Shown here: positions 7,373-16,423 of the stretch, one piece after another
How positions within the stretch are numbered: the first letter of the stretch is position 1
Layout of the letters: the number at the start of each line of letters is the position of its first letter
Origin: Nostoc sp. PCC 7120 = FACHB-418
GTDB taxonomy: Bacteria > Cyanobacteriota > Cyanobacteriia > Cyanobacteriales > Nostocaceae
DNA: 32,000 nucleotides
Direction of reading: 5' to 3'
NCBI RefSeq assembly: GCF_000009705.1
Contig: NC_003272.1
Coordinates: 5,730,001 to 5,762,000 of the forward strand
Made by a program: the position numbers and the translations under genes
Notes under the pieces: model-generated
What the model was told of the DNA's origin: nothing
The model's input: the letters and a program-made list of their open reading frames with translations, nothing else
Databases searched by the model: none

Positions 7373-9286
7373 TCAAATCTGCTGTAAATAATAGTCGAAA
7401 CGCTGTCGTAATTGTTCAACTGTGAGATTTTGAGTCCAGTATTCAACTAGCGCATGACCAAAAGCCCAGGCGTTGCGGTCTGGTGTGGTGGGGTTTTCTA
7501 AAAGTAGCGGCCACAGAGATAATAAGTCAAAGTTGAGGGTGCTGGATTCTTCTGTTTTTAATAGTGAGAATAAATCATAAGCCATTTGCAGTTTACCAAT
7601 GACAATGGGTAACTGTTCTACGGGAATTTGTTCTGCTAGTAGGTAAGCCAAGGTTGGGGAACCAGTGGAAATGGTAGAAATGAACTGAAGCACTGGACTT
7701 TTGAGTAATGCTGTCAATCCTTGGGTGGTTGCCATTTGTAATGTGTAGTGGTCGATGATTTTGGCAGCAGCTACAGTACGGGCTTCTAGGTTACGCAAAA
7801 AGCGGGCGAGTCTGAGTTGTTTGGCTGGGGCGATCGCCTGGATTAATCCCAAGGATAAAGCCTCTATTCCCCAAGCAAGTCTACCTGTTTGTGTATCACC
7901 TGTGACAATGGGTAGGACTAGATTACAAAAGTCTCCTAACAAGTTAGCACGGTACTCTGTAGCTTCGCGGATGGCAATTTCCTTGGGTCTGTTACCCAAT
8001 TCCCAATCATAAGGCGGTTGCCATTCACGGATGGGACGCAGACGATCTACTTGAGTAACTACAGCGATCGCGGGGATGTCTGCAACTGTGGCTTTGATTT
8101 CTTGCAAAAAGTCCACATCCATTTGTAAAGCGGGGTCAAGTACAGGAGTGACTAACAGTAATAAGTCGGCTTTGGTGGCATATTCTAATACGGAATCCCG
8201 TAAATCGCCCCGTTTAACTTGTTCGTATCCTGGTGTGTCTAAGAGATTCAAGGTTTCCCCATCTTGGGTTTGCCAGTGGTAATTTTGAATTTCGGCGGTG
8301 CTGGGTAACACATCAACTTCTGCCAAATTACTTTGGAAGATTGTATTAATTAAACTGCTTTTGCCTGCTCCCGTTCTTCCTGCCAGTAAAATATTTACAG
8401 GTTTCTGGGTAACTTTCTCGACTGGCTGGGCTTGTGCGAGAATGTTTTCTAGTGTTTGAGTTTTGGTTTTTGGTAAGGTTGGGGTAGAAACGGTAGCTGT
8501 GGAGATATTTACTGTAGTTCCACTGTAGAGGGCGATCGCCTGGCGACACAAGTTTTTTAAAGCGGCTTCCCGCAGTAATTGCCCCAAATTCACCAATAAT
8601 TGCTGATTTGCTTGATTAGTTGTTCCCTTAGTTGCCCGGTTAGCCGCCGCAGCCACAGGATTTAACAACCACTGCGCCCAGTTCCATGCACGCCAGACCT
8701 TCCGCGCTGATGGTTCTAGTTTGCGATACACTTCGTATGCTTGGTATGCTTGCCCAATTGTTACCTGATTGAGTGCTGGTGATAACTTCTGCATCCATTG
8801 ATCTAAGTCATCGACTGTTCCCCGAATCAATCCGTAAGCTTGGGGTACGTAGATATTTAGTAAGGGATACTGCACCTGGGGATAATAAATCAGGGCGATC
8901 GCTCTCACTAAATCTTGACATCTTTGCCAAAATGTTGTCCAATCTTCCCAAATTGGGCGATCGTTTTGGGCGATTGTGAGAATTTCTTGCAAAGCTGCTT
9001 CTGCTTGTTGTGTCCTATCACTACTAACAATTGGTGTTGTATCCTCCACCGCAGATTTGAGTTCTTCTTTAACTTCGGCTAATGCAGCTTCTATTTGCCG
9101 GATGGCTGGTTGTGTCCATTTCACCAACAACCAACGCCAAGCTACAAATGCCAAGGTAAACACAGCCCAAATCCAACTTAGTCCCCAAGCATGAATCTGC
9201 ATCCCGGCGGATACTAGTAAGAAAATAATTATGGAGGCGATCGGCATTGCCAATATCACCCACTGCCACGGTTTTAAACGCACCAT
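7373..9286 (-). CDS. membrane-anchored P-loop GTPase (HSR1/YfjP-like GTP-binding protein)
   Basis: Two N-terminal TM helices are present. GTPase motifs are G1 GRTGAGKSSLIN, G3 LLDTPGY and a G4-like VTQVD. At least four HIP1 sites lie inside the gene, consistent with native core DNA. Confidence 0.75.
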   Translation of the reverse strand: MVRLKPWQWVILAMPIASIIIFLLVSAGMQIHAWGLSWIWAVFTLAFVAWRWLLVKWTQPAIRQIEAALAEVKEELKSAVEDTTPIVSSDRTQQAEAALQEILTIAQNDRPIWEDWTTFWQRCQDLVRAIALIYYPQVQYPLLNIYVPQAYGLIRGTVDDLDQWMQKLSPALNQVTIGQAYQAYEVYRKLEPSARKVWRAWNWAQWLLNPVAAAANRATKGTTNQANQQLLVNLGQLLREAALKNLCRQAIALYSGTTVNISTATVSTPTLPKTKTQTLENILAQAQPVEKVTQKPVNILLAGRTGAGKSSLINTIFQSNLAEVDVLPSTAEIQNYHWQTQDGETLNLLDTPGYEQVKRGDLRDSVLEYATKADLLLLVTPVLDPALQMDVDFLQEIKATVADIPAIAVVTQVDRLRPIREWQPPYDWELGNRPKEIAIREATEYRANLLGDFCNLVLPIVTGDTQTGRLAWGIEALSLGLIQAIAPAKQLRLARFLRNLEARTVAAAKIIDHYTLQMATTQGLTALLKSPVLQFISTISTGSPTLAYLLAEQIPVEQLPIVIGKLQMAYDLFSLLKTEESSTLNFDLLSLWPLLLENPTTPDRNAWAFGHALVEYWTQNLTVEQLRQRFDYYLQQI

Positions 9287-9417
9287 TTCCCCATACCTAC
9301 CTGAATTAAAGTTACTGTACTGCTATCATTCATCCCAAGACTGTTAGAAAATAAAGCCAAAATCAATCTTTTTAAGTTTATAAATCAACAGACATATACT
9401 CGATAGGTTAACAAACT

Positions 9418-9539
9418 ATAGGACTAGTATTGGATTTGTGAAATATACATAGAGCAATGCCCACCACAACCATGATACGGTGGGCAATGCCCACCCTACA
9501 GATACTTAAAGCATTTCCATAATCAAATCTGATTCCTAT
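9418..9539. repeat. MITE-like dispersed element, copy 1
   Basis: The termini are ATAGGAC...GATTCCTAT, with imperfect inverted ends. The internal near-palindrome is GGTGGGCAATGCCCACC followed by CTACA. A related copy lies at 30727..30875. Confidence 0.7.
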
Positions 9540-9870
9540 CGAAGAGGTGTAAAAACTAATTAATAGATTATGCTTACCATCCCCTCTTGTTTAACTACAT
9601 AGGTTCATGAGTCGTCTTCAGGAATAACGACCTCTGCTGTTGTATCAAGACTTGTTGGTAAATTAGTTATGTCAAAAGTTAGTAATTAAAGCGATGTCTA
9701 AAAATTTATTGTAAACAATAATCACAAAACTTTGGCATTTTTATTTAGGCTAAAGTATGACATTATGAACCGATTACTAAACGGACGTAAATATTTTACT
9801 TCTGATGGCGACTTTAGTAATCATAAGATAACTAAAGTTTCATACTTGCAGAAGGACTTATTAGGACTTA

Positions 9871-9983
9871 CGCATGAAAACGAAAGGTCAAGGGTTTGGA
9901 GAAGGGTATAGGGGAATAAATGTTTGAAACCCTTACACCCTTACACCCGGTCTCAACAGAAAATTTTAGTGCGTAAGTCCTAA
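9871..9983. repeat. hairpin/MITE-like element with 14-nt perfect terminal inverted repeats
   Basis: TTAGGACTTACGCA (9871..9884) is the exact reverse complement of TGCGTAAGTCCTAA (9970..9983). The interior is partially self-complementary (AAGGGT...ACCCTTACACCCTTACACCC). Confidence 0.65.
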
Positions 9984-10064
9984 TTATGAACAATTCAATT
10001 TAATCATGGTCTTCTCAATCTTGAGAATGTCTCAATTTGTCGTGTTTATCAGGTATAAAAAATT

Positions 10065-11123
10065 ATGAAAGCAAAACTGAGATTTCAACCTGTTTCGCAT
10101 AGCTGGGTAGCTTTACATCCAAAACCCAAAGGTGTTATTCAATTTATTGGTGGGGCTTTCTTCGGTACTTTTGCCCCCATGCTATTCTATCGCTATTTAT
10201 TACAATATCTATTTGATAACGGCTACACTATTATTCTTCTACCTTTTAATTTTACCTTTAATCATTACGTAGAAGCAGGGTTTTTAATCAGGGAAGAATA
10301 TGAAATTACCCCACAGTTAATTAGAATGGCAAAGCTTGCTAATTATGATTATCAAGTTTATTTAAATGATCGGAAATTTTCCTGGATAGGACATAGTATT
10401 GGCTGTAAGTATATTGCTCTTTTGGAGGCTTTTTCTGCATTACCGCAACAGCCCAAAGAACTGGAAGAATTGATTCGTGATATCGTAACCAAAACATCAA
10501 ACCCATCAGACCAGGCGAAAAATGAACGCAAAATTCAAAGTATCGTCGAAAATCTAGAAGTCCTCATGAATGATCTCCAGCAACAACGTGCTAAAGCAAC
10601 CCAATTAATTAAATATTATCTTGGGTATGAGCCAGATACTTACTGGGATAGGATGGAAAATCCAAATATTGACAAAACTTTCTTTAAAAGCATCTTCATT
10701 AAAGGACAGACATCTATACTTTTAGCGCCTGTCAATACTGGTACTGATAGTGCAGTTCCCAAATTTTTAGCAAATATTATTGATAGATTAGGCTGGGGTG
10801 TTAAACCCAGTCCTCAAGAAACTTATGCTTTAATTCAAGCTACCAATCTCTTTAATCTTCTGGGATTGATTCGCTTCAAATCAGATAATATTGCTAAGTC
10901 AACGGGTGACTGGTTTATCAATGTTTTCAAAAAGCCGCCAACAGATTTCCAAAATTATTTAGTCGGTGGTCATTTAAAACCTTTAGGTATTCAACTCGGT
11001 GGTTATGTAGTGAATTTTCCCGATAGTCCACCTATGATTGAATCGCCCCAAAGACGCAATTCCGAGTTGGAAATATATATAGATAAATTGCTTCAGGCTT
11101 TAGAAAAAGAACGACAACTATAG
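10065..11123 (+). CDS. alpha/beta-hydrolase-fold protein, DUF1350-like
   Basis: The N-terminal WVALHPKPKGVIQFIGGAFFG...GYTIILLPF pattern and the nucleophile-elbow GHSIGC (GxSxG) match my recollection of the cyanobacterial/plant DUF1350 family. A roughly 80-aa charged, helical insertion follows the elbow. Confidence 0.6.
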   Translation: MKAKLRFQPVSHSWVALHPKPKGVIQFIGGAFFGTFAPMLFYRYLLQYLFDNGYTIILLPFNFTFNHYVEAGFLIREEYEITPQLIRMAKLANYDYQVYLNDRKFSWIGHSIGCKYIALLEAFSALPQQPKELEELIRDIVTKTSNPSDQAKNERKIQSIVENLEVLMNDLQQQRAKATQLIKYYLGYEPDTYWDRMENPNIDKTFFKSIFIKGQTSILLAPVNTGTDSAVPKFLANIIDRLGWGVKPSPQETYALIQATNLFNLLGLIRFKSDNIAKSTGDWFINVFKKPPTDFQNYLVGGHLKPLGIQLGGYVVNFPDSPPMIESPQRRNSELEIYIDKLLQALEKERQL

Positions 11124-11222
11124 CAATTTTCATCATCTTTGCAACAAATGGATAACAGTAGGGGCGCACAGCAACACCCCTACTAAGCTAATGCGCGCCT
11201 AAATTGCATAACTACTAATAAG

Positions 11223-11257
11223 GGCTGTTGACTGTTAACTGTTAACGGTCAACAGCC
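11223..11257. terminator. 35-nt near-perfect palindrome built from ACTGTTR heptamers, candidate bidirectional terminator
   Basis: GGCTGTTGAC (11223..11232) pairs with GTCAACAGCC (11248..11257), and the interior (TGTTAACTGTTAACG) is also self-complementary. It lies between convergent genes 10065..11123 (+) and 11320..12594 (-). A second small hairpin, GTAGGGG...CCCCTAC, is at 11158..11183. Confidence 0.5.
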
Positions 11258-11319
11258 TTCACGATGGATTATGCAACTTAAAAGCAGAATAGTTTAGCTC
11301 ATATCCCATGAAGCTATAA

Positions 11320-12594
11320 TCAAAAGTTTCTCGCTGATGTTGGTTGGTCTAGATAGCCATATACTAGGCGAGAAACTTGATTGATGAAAGCTCTAGCTCT
11401 AGCATCACCAAAAGGCCTGGCTACTATGATGCCTGCCAAATAACGTTTACCAGAGGGTGTTTGGATAATTCCCGCGTCTCCTAAAACTCTTCCAAGAGTC
11501 CCTGTTTTATGGGCGATGACTGCACCTTTACCCAGGCCTACTGGCAACAAGCTTCTATTTTTACAGCGACTCATAATATCCATAACCCGTGAGTTGCTGG
11601 TAGCACTTAGCAGCTTATTGTTAGAAATCAAAGCAGCTAATCTTACTAAATCTTTAGGACTAGTTTTGTTAGTTCCCTTAAAATCTCCTAGCAAATTACG
11701 AATGACTGTATTTTGTAGTCCCCAAGTGCGAAATTTTTGATTCAAGCGATTTTTACCACCTAATCGGTCAATAATCATGTTCGTGGCGGTATTATCGCTG
11801 ATAATCATCATTTTGCTAGCAGTTTCCATCAGCTTAAATCTACTGCCTGCTTTTCTATATTGCATCGTTCCCGAACCACCAGTCATCAAGTCACGCCGCA
11901 TCACCAAAGTTTCATTGGGGTTAATTCTGCCAGCATCGATTTCTTCAAACAAAGCAATGAGAATCGGAAATTTAATTGTGCTGGCTGCGGCAAATGTTTT
12001 TTCTCCATTGATATCTAGATACTCGCCAGTTTCCATATCTAAGAAAAACATCCCGGCTGAGAGAGAACTGTAGCGATTCATCAATCGTTTAATTTGAGAA
12101 TCTAGCTGTGATATTTCTCTACTTAAAGGAACAACTCCCGCAAATTCTAAATTATTACTTACAGGAATTGAGATTTTTTCTTCACTTGCTCCTGTATGGT
12201 CAACGTCCTTCTTAATAGCTGAGAAATTGAGAATCCAATGTGAGGCGGAATCACCTTTAATTACTAACTTGTCAGGAGAAGTTGTATAACCTGGTGCTAA
12301 CTCCACCACGATTCTGGCAGTATTATTCTCAACCTTACCAACGCGAATTTCTCGCACGGCGGCTCCAAAATTTTTACGTTGTGTATTAGCTTTGAAACTT
12401 GTTCCTGGTAAGTCGATGACAATTCTGTCTGGATTATTAATTAAAAAAGCTCTGGGCTTAACTTCTGAATCTGTCGTGATATTCAGTTGATTTCGATTTG
12501 GATCAAATTTCCATGATTCTAAACGAGCTGCATTTGCTGGAGTAGATAAAAGAATTGTGCTGATGAGACCGAGTAAGAGAAAAGGTGACTTCAT
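11320..12594 (-). CDS. secreted AMIN-domain protein fused to a class-A beta-lactamase-fold serine hydrolase
   Basis: A signal peptide is present (MKSPFLLLGLISTILLSTPANA). An AMIN-like N-domain follows (LINNPDRIVIDLPG...VREIRVGKVENNTARIVVEL). The C-domain has the three class-A motifs STIK (SxxK), SDN and KTG (AHKTGTLG). Confidence 0.8.
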   Translation of the reverse strand: MKSPFLLLGLISTILLSTPANAARLESWKFDPNRNQLNITTDSEVKPRAFLINNPDRIVIDLPGTSFKANTQRKNFGAAVREIRVGKVENNTARIVVELAPGYTTSPDKLVIKGDSASHWILNFSAIKKDVDHTGASEEKISIPVSNNLEFAGVVPLSREISQLDSQIKRLMNRYSSLSAGMFFLDMETGEYLDINGEKTFAAASTIKFPILIALFEEIDAGRINPNETLVMRRDLMTGGSGTMQYRKAGSRFKLMETASKMMIISDNTATNMIIDRLGGKNRLNQKFRTWGLQNTVIRNLLGDFKGTNKTSPKDLVRLAALISNNKLLSATSNSRVMDIMSRCKNRSLLPVGLGKGAVIAHKTGTLGRVLGDAGIIQTPSGKRYLAGIIVARPFGDARARAFINQVSRLVYGYLDQPTSARNF

Positions 12595-13192
12595 GCGTGT
12601 GAATTGTGAGGAGCTACAGAGATTATTTGCAATATTTTCCGGCGTTTTTTTAATTTTCCGGAAGGTGCTGTGGGAAGGTGATATTTTTGCCTATTTTCTG
12701 ACATCGAGACGTTTGCAGATGCAAATAGTTCCAATGCAAATTCAAGACATTAAAGCCGACACTTTATCCTTCGTAGTAACGATTGGTCAATAGTAAATCA
12801 ACCTATTGTGTTAGCCACGGTTGCTAAATTGATTGGCAGTAGGCAAAGAAAACAAAAGAAGCCGTATCAAGATTACAATAAATCCTGACTCCATAAATCA
12901 AAAATCATCTTAGTTTGACAAAAAATTTCTCCCAGGTAGAGACTAAACCTAAAATTATTCAGTTACATGGGCTAGTTTTGACTAGTACTGATCTATAGCG
13001 CAGCGATCGCCGCCATATTTATCTGAGAATACTTAATTAAAATATAACCAAAACTTAAAATGCACCTGTCAAATTAAAAGATTGTATGAACTCCAGGCAG
13101 TAAATTTCTAATGTCAGGGAATTTTTGTGTATATTTACACCTAGCATAGAATAATTTATTTGACGAAAAACTGAAAATTTAACTTTACAGTC

Positions 13193-13900
13193 ATGTCCGT
13201 ACCTGATTTTACTCCTAAGCCGGAACATTTCACTATGAATAGATTAGCTATTGTGAATCATCCAATGAATGCGGACTTTTTACAACAGCCTGTACACTAT
13301 TCAACTATTAGCGTTAGAAAAAGATTAATTGATATTATCGGTGCTATTGTGGGGCTGATAATTACAGCCATTATCACAATCCCCATAGCTATACTTACTA
13401 TTATTAATGATCCTGGGCCAATATTTTATTCTCAAATTCGTTGCGGTCTGAACGGCAGACATTTCCGCATTTGGAAATTCCGTTCTATGGTGGTTAACGC
13501 CGATAAAGTTAAACATTTAGTAAAAAACCAAGCTCAGGGTCACATATTTAAATCGGTGAATGACCCACGTATCACCCCTATGGGTCAATTTTTGCGTCGT
13601 ACCAGCTTAGATGAGTTTCCCCAATTTTGGAATGTTCTGATAGGGGATATGAGTTTAGTGGGAACCCGTCCACCCACACCTGATGAAGTCGTTCACTATG
13701 AACCACGTCACTGGGAACGATTACGGGTTAAACCAGGAATGACGGGAGAATGGCAAACTAAAGGTCGTTCCAACATTAAAGATTTTGAAACTATCGTACA
13801 GATGGATTTAGATTATCAACGTAAATGGTCTATAACTTACGACCTCAATCTGATATTAAAAACCGTGTGGGTAGTGCTAAAAAAAAGCGGTGCTTGTTAG
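13193..13900 (+). CDS. small phosphoglycosyl (sugar-1-phosphate) transferase, bacterial sugar transferase family (WbaP C-terminal/PglC-like)
   Basis: The segments KRLIDIIGAIVGLI (re-entrant helix), [54 protein letters not shown] and KPGMTGEWQ are the hallmark blocks of this family. Confidence 0.88.
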   Translation: MSVPDFTPKPEHFTMNRLAIVNHPMNADFLQQPVHYSTISVRKRLIDIIGAIVGLIITAIITIPIAILTIINDPGPIFYSQIRCGLNGRHFRIWKFRSMVVNADKVKHLVKNQAQGHIFKSVNDPRITPMGQFLRRTSLDEFPQFWNVLIGDMSLVGTRPPTPDEVVHYEPRHWERLRVKPGMTGEWQTKGRSNIKDFETIVQMDLDYQRKWSITYDLNLILKTVWVVLKKSGAC

Positions 13901-14740
13901 TTAACCTTTGACACCACTACCAATATCTGTTTCTACGATGTAACGCTGTAGTATAAGAAATAGTAACAGTACAGGGGCGATCGCAATTACGGAACCAGCC
14001 GCAACCAAACGCCAGTCAAGGGAAAACGTCCCCGCCAGTTTAGCTACACCCAAAGGCAAGGTATACAAATTCTCATCTTGAATCACAATCAACGGCCACA
14101 GAAAGTCACTCCAAGCGCCGATAAAGACGAAAATAGCTAGAGTTACCAATGCTGGTCTTACCGCAGGTAACATAATATGCCACCACAAGCCTAACTCCGA
14201 ACTACCATCCATCCTGGCAGCTTCTTCTATTTCTTTGGGAACACCCATAAAAGCTTGTCTTAAAAGGAAAATACCAAAAGCAGAAGCCAAACTGGGAAAC
14301 ATCATACCGAGATAAGTATTGCGTAAGCCCAACTGCACAGTCAAAATGTACAGTGGTATCATCACGATTTGGAAGGGAATCATAATCGTAGAAACGATCG
14401 CAATAAAAATCCAGTCTCTCCCCGGAAATGATAGTCTTGCTAAGGGGTAAGCGGCTAAGGAGCAAAATAAGAGATTTAACCCTACAGTCAGTACAGAGAC
14501 TAAAGTACTGTTGTATAAATATTGCCCAAATGGCAGAGAATTCCACACCTTAAAAAAATTATCTACCGTTGGTTGATTTGGTAATAACTGCGGTGGAGAC
14601 TGAAAAATATTTTCTGTAGGTGATTTTAAAGCAGTGCTGATGAGCCACAACAAAGGGAAGAGAGTGATGAAGGCGATCACACCTAATAAACCATACATTA
14701 CCAGCGTTCGCCAGGGTGAATTTTGCGTTTTCCAATTCAT
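13901..14740 (-). CDS. carbohydrate ABC transporter permease (MalG/UgpE-like)
   Basis: About six predicted TM segments and the EAA loop (IEEAARMDGSSELGLWWHIMLPAVRPAL) are present. No partner ATPase, substrate-binding protein or second permease is in the window. Confidence 0.85.
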   Translation of the reverse strand: MNWKTQNSPWRTLVMYGLLGVIAFITLFPLLWLISTALKSPTENIFQSPPQLLPNQPTVDNFFKVWNSLPFGQYLYNSTLVSVLTVGLNLLFCSLAAYPLARLSFPGRDWIFIAIVSTIMIPFQIVMIPLYILTVQLGLRNTYLGMMFPSLASAFGIFLLRQAFMGVPKEIEEAARMDGSSELGLWWHIMLPAVRPALVTLAIFVFIGAWSDFLWPLIVIQDENLYTLPLGVAKLAGTFSLDWRLVAAGSVIAIAPVLLLFLILQRYIVETDIGSGVKG

Positions 14741-14749
14741 TCTGTTCGT

Positions 14750-14784
14750 TAACAGTTGACGGTTGACAGTTAGCCGTTAACTAT
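14750..14784. repeat. STRR-like heptamer array (5 units, TRRCNGT-type)
   Basis: The array reads TAACAGT TGACGGT TGACAGT TAGCCGT TAACTAT. It spans the gap between the permease start and the stop of the cyclo-ligase gene. The same heptamer flavour occurs at 11223..11257 and around 31668..31690. Confidence 0.7.
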
Positions 14785-15364
14785 TAACATGAAAAGATGT
14801 TTCTGTCAAGACTGCTTGTAAAGGCTGATCCCAATTTTCTATGGGTAATTGAGGCAAATAAGCAAAATCAAAGACAATGCCAATGCTTGGCTTGGTTGAC
14901 CATTCCGGAGAACTCAGTAGGCGATCGTAGTAACCTCCTCCGTAGCCTAAACGGTATCCTTGATAGTTACAAGCAACGCTGGGAACGAGAATTAAATCAA
15001 CTTCCTCAGGGTCTATGGTTGGCGCTTGTGGATCAGGCTCTTTGATACCGTAAGCGTTGATATTTAAGGAATCTTTAGGTATCCAACTATGCCACCGCAG
15101 GGATTGATCAACGCAGCGAGGAAATCCCCAACGGTGGTGAGTATGGGCAAATAAGGAGCTAAGATCAGGTTCTTGACGAAAGCTGAAATAGGCCAGTATA
15201 GTTGTGGATTGAGTAAAAAGAGTGGAAGATTGTAATAGACAAGAGATGCGATCGCTCTTTTCTCGCCATTCTCCAATAGACATAGACTGTCGAGTTTTGA
15301 TTAAACTCCGACGTAATTGAGATTTAGTTAATACTTGATGGTCATTCACTGCGCTCATATTCAA
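14777..15364 (-). CDS. 5-formyltetrahydrofolate cyclo-ligase
   Basis: The size (195 aa), the N-terminal K..LRR...R motif, and LILVPSVACNYQGYRLGYGGGYYDRLL (GxGxGYYDR signature) are characteristic of this family. Confidence 0.85.
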   Translation of the reverse strand: MNMSAVNDHQVLTKSQLRRSLIKTRQSMSIGEWREKSDRISCLLQSSTLFTQSTTILAYFSFRQEPDLSSLFAHTHHRWGFPRCVDQSLRWHSWIPKDSLNINAYGIKEPDPQAPTIDPEEVDLILVPSVACNYQGYRLGYGGGYYDRLLSSPEWSTKPSIGIVFDFAYLPQLPIENWDQPLQAVLTETSFHVNS

Positions 15365-15425
15365 AGATGGGGTATAGGAAATAGGGTACTGAGGATTGGG
15401 AAGAGGTTACAAAAATATTATTCAT

Positions 15426-15454
15426 CCCATTACCCATTACCCATTACCCATTAC

Positions 15455-15455
<1 letters not shown>
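15426..15455. repeat. STRR-type heptamer array CCCATTA x4
   Basis: CCCATTA CCCATTA CCCATTA CCCATTA CC lies in the short spacer between fcl (stop at 15455) and the downstream cyclo-ligase gene. Confidence 0.85.

Positions 15456-16423
<968 letters not shown>

Noticed and set aside
398-9269. Short ORFs nested in or antisense to larger genes in the first third of the window: 398..628, 665..856, 3978..4247, 4072..4275, 5869..6060, 6522..6797, 6888..7154, 7755..8012, 8076..8282, 8346..8549, 8773..8979, 8976..9194 and 9069..9269.
   Set aside because: Each lies entirely inside a longer ORF that has clear family motifs. Their translations are low-complexity or Cys/Ser/Leu-rich, as expected from shadow frames, and none has a recognisable motif or ribosome-binding site.
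9765-9911. 48-aa ORF (MNRLLNGRKYFTSDGDFS...) in the long intergenic region.
   Set aside because: Its 3' half is encoded by the inverted-repeat element at 9871..9983. There is no RBS and nothing recognisable, so it cannot be supported from sequence alone.
12557-12793. 78-aa ORF in the divergent promoter region upstream of the AMIN/beta-lactamase-fold gene.
   Set aside because: It begins inside the signal-peptide codons of the opposite-strand gene. It has no RBS and no recognisable motif, so it is probably intergenic or promoter DNA.
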